A stretch of 64,000 bases of DNA, from the UHGV virus genome UHGV-0179803; one strand, written 5' to 3'. Each line of letters opens with the position of its first letter. Within the stretch, counting starts at the first letter, position 1. The DNA comes from a virus. The notes below the pieces were generated by a model, which was given only the letters and a program-made list of their open reading frames with translations, was not told where the DNA came from and did not search any database. The translations under genes and the position numbers were made by a program. This document shows, in pieces, positions 1 through 8,700 of the stretch.

Positions 1-2
1 AC

Positions 3-416
3 CAGTACAAGAAAGAGTCAGGAGTACTTGACTTCTTCTGTTCAGAATGCTATGATTGGGTTATGAATGGGGAAATAGAACATTCATTTGAAGCTATTGA
101 GCACCCTCGCAAAACCTTAGGTTGGAACAGGAACGAAATCCATTACCTCGCAGGGTTTGTACCTGGTAAAGATTTAGCTCCAGTGTATGGCTATGACCCA
201 GAGAAGAACTATCAGGAATTTTTGTGGAGAGTGATCTGCGGTAACATCTGTACTACTGAGTATCATTACCCAGAGGTACAGCAGTACGTATGGGCTTATC
301 CGCAACTTATGAATGATAGTATCACATTCAGTGCGAAAGAGTCAACTGTTGTTCACATGGGGCAGACAGCCCTTAAAAGCTACACAGAAGATGTGACACC
401 ACCAGACCTTTCATAA
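3..416 (+). CDS. hypothetical protein, 5' end outside window
   Basis: Frame open from first full codon of the window to stop at 414-416; lies just upstream of the fiber genes; no motif recognised. Confidence 0.4.
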   Translation, partial: QYKKESGVLDFFCSECYDWVMNGEIEHSFEAIEHPRKTLGWNRNEIHYLAGFVPGKDLAPVYGYDPEKNYQEFLWRVICGNICTTEYHYPEVQQYVWAYPQLMNDSITFSAKESTVVHMGQTALKSYTEDVTPPDLS

Positions 417-429
417 TCAGGAGAAATAA

Positions 430-1470
430 ATGGCTAAACCTAGTTTTCCTCTGGAGATATGGGCAGCGGAGGATCAAATCCTCCCCAACTCCCATAAACA
501 GAACAAGATGCGCCCCATTGACGACCTCTGGAGAAAAGGTTGGGATAAAGGGCAGAAACCATCGTGTGAAGAACTGAACTATCTCCTGAACATGATGGCT
601 ACCTGGGCTAAATACATTTCTGAAGATCAGATCCCGTCTATGGAAGGACGTTATCTTATTAAGGACAACAACCTGAGTGATCTTCTGAATGTAGAGATTG
701 CCCGTAAAAACCTTGGCATTGTTACCCAGGCTGAGACTGACGCTCGTTACGTTAAGATCACTGGTGACACAATGACAGGCCCTCTGGGGTTGCAACGTAT
801 TAATTTTGCGGCAGCGGAAACAGATGCGGCATGGATAGAAACCACAATCAGCCCAGATAAAACCTTGTTGGACTTCTGTCTGATGGATAACGTTGGTTCA
901 TTTGACGATGGTGGTACTTCCACAGTTGATGCTTTCCGTTGGAGATTCCAGCCTACACAACCAGATATCAACCCAGAGTTTACACTGATGCACCTGAATG
1001 CTATCTCTGTTAACCGTGCACTTCTCAAAGTCATCGGTAACATTGAAGCACAAGATAACGTGCGTTCCAACACAGTCACCATCACTGGTACAGCTTCCTT
1101 CGGTAACGTCAGCGTATCGAGCCAGTTGACCACAGGTAGCTTCTATGCTAACGGTGGTTCCAACGTTGATAACATGACAGTCCGTAGCCAGTATTGTGTG
1201 GTTGGTGGTCGCCATGTAGTTCGTTCAGTCAACGGTGTGAACGCAGATGGTAATGGTAACCTGACTATCAGTATCCCAGCTTCAGGCGTTCAGGATATTC
1301 GCTGCGGCGGTATGTTGATCGATGGGGTTTCTGATAACAGGGTACGTCCGGGTTATGTTATGAGAGGATGGGCTAATGGTAATAAAAAAGAACTCCGTGG
1401 TGCAGGTTACTGGGCAGCTCCGCTACAGAAACTTGTTAACGGACAGTGGATTACCGTTCAGACATTATAA
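430..1470 (+). CDS. tail fiber protein, paralog A
   Basis: 346 aa; SD AGGAG upstream; fiber motif RYVKITGDTMTGPL; N-terminal ~130 aa and C-terminal ~45 aa shared with ORF 2509..3573, central part divergent. Confidence 0.75.
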   Translation: MAKPSFPLEIWAAEDQILPNSHKQNKMRPIDDLWRKGWDKGQKPSCEELNYLLNMMATWAKYISEDQIPSMEGRYLIKDNNLSDLLNVEIARKNLGIVTQAETDARYVKITGDTMTGPLGLQRINFAAAETDAAWIETTISPDKTLLDFCLMDNVGSFDDGGTSTVDAFRWRFQPTQPDINPEFTLMHLNAISVNRALLKVIGNIEAQDNVRSNTVTITGTASFGNVSVSSQLTTGSFYANGGSNVDNMTVRSQYCVVGGRHVVRSVNGVNADGNGNLTISIPASGVQDIRCGGMLIDGVSDNRVRPGYVMRGWANGNKKELRGAGYWAAPLQKLVNGQWITVQTL

Positions 1471-1486
1471 TTGAGGGTTATAGATT

Positions 1487-2104
1487 ATGATTAAAATAGC
1501 TACAGGTTTTGAGTTGTATGATCCGCAAGAGCCTCGCCCAGAGGTGTTGGCTCTTGATGAAGATCAGCCACAAACCTTGGAATTAACAGAGCAGGAGATT
1601 GAAGATTACGCTCGCTATTCTGCTTACTTCCTTCGCAACGAGCACGGTGACTGGTATGCCCAGACCCGAGAATTACAGCAGATTGCCCAGGAATCTGGAG
1701 TAGAATACCTGTTTGCAGTCATAGAAGCTGATGGTTTACTGAAAATTGTAACCACGGACCCAACAGGTATTTTCCCCAGCAACGGTCTTCAAGTCCTGCA
1801 TGGTAAACGAGAGGAGTTCCCGGAAGACATTGAAAACATGATCAATGCCTACCGCTGGAATGGTGAGAAATTTGTTGTTGATAACAAACCTTACATCGAT
1901 GCTGCACAACAGGTTGTCGAAGAAGAGTTGCAATGGGCTACAGCAAGGCTTGGAGCTTTCAGCGACATGCTGGACTTGGATTATATACTCTCTCCTGCAC
2001 AGGAGCAGTTTGTTAAGGAATTAAAACTTTACAGGATTCATCTACTGGAGATTGATATAAACAAAGCCCCCAACATACATATCCCTGATCGCCCAGCCCT
2101 CTAA
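1487..2104 (+). CDS. hypothetical protein, possible tail fiber assembly chaperone
   Basis: 205-aa acidic ORF directly downstream of fiber paralog A; assignment by position only. Confidence 0.45.
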   Translation: MIKIATGFELYDPQEPRPEVLALDEDQPQTLELTEQEIEDYARYSAYFLRNEHGDWYAQTRELQQIAQESGVEYLFAVIEADGLLKIVTTDPTGIFPSNGLQVLHGKREEFPEDIENMINAYRWNGEKFVVDNKPYIDAAQQVVEEELQWATARLGAFSDMLDLDYILSPAQEQFVKELKLYRIHLLEIDINKAPNIHIPDRPAL

Positions 2105-2113
2105 GGAGGTAAT

Positions 2114-2428
2114 GTGGAACTGGACTTTGGTACGCTTTTTGAGATAATCATGAGCGCTATTGTCCCTATAGGTGTCTGGATTTTTGGTCAGTGGCACGTA
2201 AAATGGAAAGCCGTCTCTAAAAGATTGGATGATTTAGAGAAGGACCTTATTTTGGTGAAAAGCAATATGGTTACGAAAGACAGACTTGACGCGGTGCTAA
2301 ATCAGCGTCTTAAAGATATTCAAGATAACCTTGACGAACTAAGGAAAGAGGTCAAAGGTGACGTTAATGGATTGCGTAGTGATATTCAACAAATTATCCA
2401 GATTCTTCTCAGTAACAAGGAGAAATAA
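2114..2428 (+). CDS. small membrane-anchored coiled-coil protein
   Basis: 104 aa; GTG start shortly after AGGAGG; N-terminal hydrophobic helix (IIMSAIVPIGVWIFGQW) then charged heptad-like region. Confidence 0.45.
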   Translation: MELDFGTLFEIIMSAIVPIGVWIFGQWHVKWKAVSKRLDDLEKDLILVKSNMVTKDRLDAVLNQRLKDIQDNLDELRKEVKGDVNGLRSDIQQIIQILLSNKEK

Positions 2429-2508
2429 CCTGCGGCAAGGAAGCCTCTGGTTGCATTTTGAGGAGTTTAGTGCTAAAATAATGTCAAGAATTTTAGTCAG
2501 GAGAAAAC

Positions 2509-3573
2509 ATGCCAAAACCAACTTATCCGCTTGAGGTGTGGGCATATCAGGATGTGATGCTTGACACCACGCGAGAATTAAATAAGGCCCAGCCTAGTAA
2601 GGAACAAAGGTTAGCTGGTTGGGACTTCAGTCAGAGAATCGCTGTTGAACATATGAATTTCGAGTTCAATATGATTAGTAACTGGCTGAAATACTTGAAC
2701 GAAGAGGTTGTTCCTGGTTGGGATGATCGATTTTTAAAAGTTGCAAATAACCTAGCAGAAATACCGGATAAAGCTGCTGCAAGACAAAACTTAGGTTGCC
2801 TGACAATAGAGGAGATGGATGACCGTTATGTTCACCTAACAGGGGATACCTTGAAAGGTACTATGACTTTAGGGGTTACAAGGATTAATTTTAAATCTGC
2901 TGATACAGACTCGTGTGCGATTTATTGTTCCACGATTGCAGATACCCCAGGGTATAAAGGTGGGGATAAAACCTATTTCGATTTTCGTATGGCAGACAAC
3001 TACGGTACAGATGACATTGAGGCATCTTACTATACAGGCACAGAAGGATTCCGCTACAGATTCCACCCCGCAGGCGGTAGCTTGTTCACATTGATGAAAT
3101 TGTGTGCTATCTCTCCAAACCGTGGGAGATTGTCCGTAGTAGGTGACATTATTGCTGCTGATAACTTACGTGCTGGTTCTATGAATGGTAACACTGTTGA
3201 TATCTGGAGTACAGCTTCTGTATCAAGTCAGACACTGTGTGGTAACCTCTATACCAACAGTTTTAACTGCGATAGCCACACAACCCGTAGTAATTACCAT
3301 GTTGTAGGTGGAAGACATGTTTGCAGGTCAGTAAACGGTGCCACAGCGGATGGTAACGGCAACTTAACATTAACACTACCTCAACCCGCTATCTCTGATG
3401 TTCGTTGTGGAGGTATGCTGATAGATGGCACAGGTGATAACCGCGTAAGGGCTGGCTACGTAATGCGTGGTTGGCAGAATGGTAATAAGAAACAATTGCG
3501 TGGCGCTGGCTATTGGGCAGCTCCACTCCAGAAACTGGTAAATGGTCAATGGATCACAGTACAGACATTGTAA
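2509..3573 (+). CDS. tail fiber protein, paralog B
   Basis: 354 aa; SD GGAGAA upstream; motif RYVHLTGDTLKGTMTLG; C-terminus (RGAGYWAAPLQKLVNGQWITVQTL) identical to paralog A at protein level with many synonymous DNA differences. Confidence 0.75.
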   Translation: MPKPTYPLEVWAYQDVMLDTTRELNKAQPSKEQRLAGWDFSQRIAVEHMNFEFNMISNWLKYLNEEVVPGWDDRFLKVANNLAEIPDKAAARQNLGCLTIEEMDDRYVHLTGDTLKGTMTLGVTRINFKSADTDSCAIYCSTIADTPGYKGGDKTYFDFRMADNYGTDDIEASYYTGTEGFRYRFHPAGGSLFTLMKLCAISPNRGRLSVVGDIIAADNLRAGSMNGNTVDIWSTASVSSQTLCGNLYTNSFNCDSHTTRSNYHVVGGRHVCRSVNGATADGNGNLTLTLPQPAISDVRCGGMLIDGTGDNRVRAGYVMRGWQNGNKKQLRGAGYWAAPLQKLVNGQWITVQTL

Positions 3574-3583
3574 AGAAGGGGTG

Positions 3584-3952
3584 ATGTTTAAGAAAACCAA
3601 AGCCTTTTTGTGGATGTTGGTCGCAGCACCAGACGATCCCGACAAGGTATCTCAGACCAAGTTGTGGTCCAATATAGGTATGCTAGCTATGACTATCGTT
3701 TTCCTGCACATGGGGTACACTAATACTTTGCAGGAATGGTATGCATGGATCTATGCTCCTTCAGTTGCTTGCCCACAACTGATCAGCAAGTTTATTTCAC
3801 TTCGTTGGGGCTGGAGAAGTCCTTCTTTTGGTGAACGCTACCCAGATGAGGAGTATCCTGGTAGCAGATACTCAGGAGATTGTAACTACAGGCATTCTGA
3901 ATGTTCTGACTCCCCCATTGAACCAGAAGATTATAGAGATTCAAGGAGATAA
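3584..3952 (+). CDS. hypothetical protein
   Basis: 122 aa from ATG at 3584 preceded by GAAGGGG; hydrophobic segments; between fiber genes. Confidence 0.4.
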   Translation: MFKKTKAFLWMLVAAPDDPDKVSQTKLWSNIGMLAMTIVFLHMGYTNTLQEWYAWIYAPSVACPQLISKFISLRWGWRSPSFGERYPDEEYPGSRYSGDCNYRHSECSDSPIEPEDYRDSRR

Positions 3953-3953
3953 C

Positions 3954-5708
3954 GTGGCTCAAGATATGACAAACTTTGAGGAGGCCGTGGATCAGGTCAT
4001 AATTGATTCTGAGCGCCTCCATCTGGTTGTCAATGGTACTGCCGTGGATGAAGTTGTGGTAGAGGATGGGACAACCATCCCTACCGTCCGTAAGGCACTA
4101 CTTGATAACCTGTATTTTAAAACTCCACCAATCCCGTGGGTATATGGTTCTTCCACCACAGTATTTAACCAGATTTATGAATACAAAGCGGATGGAAAAA
4201 TCACATGGTGGTATGCTCCTGGAGCATCTAAATCCACACCAGTGCGCTTGCCAGCAGACCCTTTCACCTCTACCGCGTGGAGGTTGTATACTGATGCCAA
4301 CGTGCTTGCTGAATTCTATGCTAAACTGAGTAGCCCACTCTTCCAGGGGGATCCGCGTGTTCCGACACCGCCGATGGATGATAAATCTCTGTCCATTGCC
4401 AACACCACATTCGTTGTTGACTATGTAGACAGCATTTTTGAAGCTATGGCTGGTATGCAGGTCACAGTTGGTTCCCTAGTTGTTCGTGGCTTATCAGAAT
4501 TAGCTAACACTATTATTGACGGTACTTTAACTGTACGTGGTCCTTTAAATGCTTCCGACTTTGCTGGGCGTTTCAAAGAGTTGACTTTAACAGGTAAAGA
4601 TTCCGCTATCAATTTTAACTGGACAGACAGGAACCATCCTAACTGGACCTCCACAGCGCTGGATCCTTACAACATCGAGACTCACCTGTTGACCTCTGAT
4701 GTGATCCACAATGGTGCTCCGGTAAGTGATAACACCACTGTTCACTTCGATGGTCGCGGTAACAACTTCTTTGACTACGTTTATATTCGGGGGAATTCTC
4801 AGAAAGATGTTCAGGAACCCACCCTGACGGTTGACGGTGTAACTCAAGTCAAAGATCTGAAAGTAACAGGTAAAGTTGAAGGTATTGTTCACTCTGTAGA
4901 TGGTCTGGATATTTACCCGAACTATCTGGAAACAACTAACGATGCCCGTGTCAACGGTGACTTGCAGGTTGGTGGATCAGTGGTTATTCAGGGTAATGCA
5001 ATGGTTCAGGATTTGTCTACCAACACATTCAGATCTAACCAGCAGGCTACTTTTGAGGGTAACGGTATTGTTGCCAATAAAGCTGCGATTACGACTTTAA
5101 CTGGTACAACTGCCACCATTGATACTGGTAACTTCACTAATTGTAATGTGAATCACAACTTGCAGGTAAATGGGGATGTAAGCCTGAACGCAGAGGGTAA
5201 TGGTACGACTTATGTTCATAACATCCAGGTCTCTGGCACACTGACAGGTTGGATGCCGGATTACACAGGTAAAACTCTCAACTGTGGCGGTGTGAACGCA
5301 TCAGGTAACATCAGCATCAATGGCGACCTCAGCGTTGGTGGTAGCACTACAATTGGGAAGATCCGTACAACCAAACTGGAATTCGAATCTGAGGATATCG
5401 CTGGCGCTACGGGGACATGGACCCCATCAGGAAATGCTAACATGTACGTTGTTGAAGTTACTGGCGACCTGAACGTAGCAACATGGCCTGGCGTTACAGC
5501 AGCTTCAGAAGAGGATAAACCTTATCCGTTCTCAGTGGTGATTTATTTCCGTCAGGATGCTACAGGGCATCAGGTCACATTCAGTGATAAGTATGCAATC
5601 TTGTCTGCAACTCCTGTAGTTAACAACAAAGCCAATAGCGTGACCCTTTGTCAACTAACCTACCCTGGCTTCGGCGACATTGTGGACGTTATTATTGCAC
5701 AACGTTAA
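3954..5708 (+). CDS. tail fiber protein with conserved collar motif
   Basis: In-frame GTG 5 nt after AAGGAG (alternative ATG at 3828 would overlap upstream ORF); motif PTPPMDDKSLSIANTTFVVDYV typical of phage fiber N-terminal domains. Confidence 0.65.
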   Translation: MAQDMTNFEEAVDQVIIDSERLHLVVNGTAVDEVVVEDGTTIPTVRKALLDNLYFKTPPIPWVYGSSTTVFNQIYEYKADGKITWWYAPGASKSTPVRLPADPFTSTAWRLYTDANVLAEFYAKLSSPLFQGDPRVPTPPMDDKSLSIANTTFVVDYVDSIFEAMAGMQVTVGSLVVRGLSELANTIIDGTLTVRGPLNASDFAGRFKELTLTGKDSAINFNWTDRNHPNWTSTALDPYNIETHLLTSDVIHNGAPVSDNTTVHFDGRGNNFFDYVYIRGNSQKDVQEPTLTVDGVTQVKDLKVTGKVEGIVHSVDGLDIYPNYLETTNDARVNGDLQVGGSVVIQGNAMVQDLSTNTFRSNQQATFEGNGIVANKAAITTLTGTTATIDTGNFTNCNVNHNLQVNGDVSLNAEGNGTTYVHNIQVSGTLTGWMPDYTGKTLNCGGVNASGNISINGDLSVGGSTTIGKIRTTKLEFESEDIAGATGTWTPSGNANMYVVEVTGDLNVATWPGVTAASEEDKPYPFSVVIYFRQDATGHQVTFSDKYAILSATPVVNNKANSVTLCQLTYPGFGDIVDVIIAQR

Positions 5709-5715
5709 TTAATTA

Positions 5716-5745
5716 GCCTCTCCTGCGGGAGAGGCTTTACTGTTT
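5716..5745 (+). terminator. intrinsic terminator
   Basis: Hairpin GCCTCTCC-TGCG-GGAGAGGC followed by T-rich run, immediately after fiber gene stop. Confidence 0.7.
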
Positions 5746-5755
5746 GGAGAACACA

Positions 5756-8700
5756 ATGCTTCCAATTCCTCTGTTAAAACTTGCTAATTTCCATCTGGAC
5801 TCGAAGGATGGGATCAAGGAACTTGCTGTTCTGTCCTACCCAATAGATAAAAGTGATGGTACTAGCAGCACAGTATCTTATGTAAACAGTCTTGCAATTC
5901 TTTATGCAGATGGTTTGCTCGTTCTGACAGGCGCTAACAAGTATGGCGAATGTGGAACAGGTAATCGCAACGAATGCATTTACCCGAACGAGTCGATCCG
6001 CAACATCGATCATGTCTGGAGAGCAGATCGTTCTTTCGTGGTTGAAACTTTTGATCATGAATTCTTTTACATCGGCTGCACAGCGGGTCTTATTGGCTCC
6101 ACAGCGGCTGGTGGTAACGATGTTTGTGTAACCCAGTGGACTGCACTACCTTCACAAATTACGACCACTCTGGGGCTTGATAAGCACCCAGAACGCTTGC
6201 TTGAAGTTTGCGGTGGGATGAACAACACTTGCTGGGTAATTGGTGCACCTGAAGGTGAAGGTATCTGGGATATCTACGGTTCAGGCAACAACACCTACGG
6301 TTCTTTGCATGTGGATAAAAACCAACATGCCAACCCTGTTAAAATTGCTGAAACTTCTCAGGATCCTGTAACAGGGCAGTGGAAAAACCCAGCACTAAAT
6401 CTGGAGGTCCACGATAACTCTGTGATCTATGGTGGCCCAGATGGCTACTGGATTGCTGGTTACGATTTCCTGCGCAATAATAGTGAGCTTAATCTGGTTT
6501 ATCCACCAGAACACGGGACATGGGCAGCTTTGACAGGCAGCAGTGAAACCTACAAATGGTTCATGTGTGGTCCGAATGGGGCTGTAGTTGCTACAGAGCG
6601 TAATCACACAGATGGTATACCTGTGTATGTATTCCGTGGACAGAATTCCTGGGGTGATAAAACCTGGCGCCCATTGAACCTCACCTATACCCATGAAGTG
6701 ATTATTGCACAAGGTCATGCTACTAACGGCATCTTCTTTAATAACGGTACAAAACAGTACAGAGGTTTCTCTCGTAACCTGTGTAACGATATTGGCTGGT
6801 CGTCTGCTGAAGCCAACCCTCGTGCACAGTTCCAGCACAAGCAGGCAATTGCTACAGCTGCATACGTCGAACAACGTACACCTGTTAGTTGGGCTGAGAA
6901 CGTATACTTCCAGGGCATCAACCGGGAAGGTTACTTGGGCACACTAACTGTGGTAAACGGTAAACTTTGGTGGTCCGGTATTCCTCGTGGCAGCTTCCCA
7001 GGAAGCAACAACCTGTTTGGAGGCCAACTCAATTCTCAAGGTTTTACACAGGTAGACCCGAACTGGATTAAGAACGTTCCAGTATCCAGTTTTGAGGTTG
7101 AAGAAGTTATTAGAGTCAACGGTTGGGGGACTGAGCGCCCTGTCAGTAACATTTATATTGGGGATACTGTTCAGCTCAGAATTAAAGCTCTACCAAGAGG
7201 TGCTACATGGTTTGTAGACAAAGTTGAGATCACAAATGCAGCACAAACTGTTGTAAGCGATCCTCTGTATACTGCAACCATTAACCACAACGTGTTTGGT
7301 GTATGGGATAGTATTGTTACCCAACAGAATAAAAACGTTGATCGTCGTGGACTGTACCATGTTAAAATCACCTACCATGATAAAAATGGTACTCACACAC
7401 ATCTAACCAGAAACATCAACTGGAACACGATTGTACCTGTGATCCCTTCGGATAGTACATGGTACACTCAAGGTCTGAGCCGCTCTTTGTCTTTGGGCAG
7501 CACAACCTATTTGGGTCTGGATACTGCACAACCTGCAACTGAAAATGCTGACGCTTTTAAAATCAGATTACACAGGAAAGATGCAGGCTCTGTGACCTAT
7601 GATGTGACACAAGAACTTTACAACCAACGCCGTGAAATGTATAACTTCCTGGTCACTCATCAGGCACTGTGGGAATACAACCCGAACGGTGCTGGTGGTA
7701 AAATGTATCAGGCCAACGAACAGAACGGGACTTCTCTGAACATCCACTCAGATAAAAACCCGTGGGCTACGCCTGAAAGACCTCCTAGCTGGGCACGTAC
7801 TCTGAAAGTTGTCAGCTACGACGCAGGTTTCTTTGGTTTGCGTTGGGAATCAACAATTGAATACTATGATGGTACTCACCAGAACATCGGGTTAACCCTT
7901 GGTGGGGATTCTGCCAGCACTTCACGTAAGATTGTCCGTACGCCACGCGGTGTGGATATCTCTGTTGATCTTGTTAAGAACAGTTATGGGGATATTCAGG
8001 CGCATGTAACACCTGCTGAGGCTGCGAATAATATATCTTATAATATTGCGGCATTCAAAGAGGATCCTCGCGTTGTTGGTGCGCACGATGCCGACTGGTA
8101 TTACACCATTACACCCACTGCTGATACTACCAACTTCATGTTAGGTATGAAACGTGACATGCAGAAAAAACTAGGTGTTACTGACCTGTGCTACGTTTGC
8201 ATTAAAGATACCCGTGTTAAAGATACGGATCCTGAAGCAAAATGGTTTACCGTTGACCCGAATACCATACGTAGTGATAAGTTTGTTAACGAATATATCC
8301 TGTGCGCTGGCGGTACTAACCTGAACTTGTTCTGGAGTGAAAACGCTGATAAATATTGTAGTTATGATTACTTACGTGATTATTGCTGTAACCAGTGGTT
8401 TACCAACGGCAACGGCTATGTGCCTCGCCAATGCCAGACACTGCCAGCCATCTTCACAGATAACCAGACATTTTTGCTGAAACAGGCTAATGAAGTTCAG
8501 GTTGATAAAAACGGGTATGATGGAACCAAATGGTTCTTTAACTGCTATGCTCAGTATTATTGGGGTCCTGGGGAGCTTCTCAGTGATGCAGGTTGCAATC
8601 TGATGGATAAAGAAATAGGCTCATGGACTCATATGAACCAAACCTGCAACTTTATTCCACAGAACGCAACATCTGAGGGGTCTTCAGTTCTGGATGCTTA

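Noticed and set aside
6395-6874. Antisense ORFs inside the large fiber, polymerase and helicase genes (for example 6395..6874, 9971..10363, 33227..33604, 37789..38241)
   Set aside because: Nested within strongly supported long genes on the opposite strand, with no start signals; expected by chance at this length.
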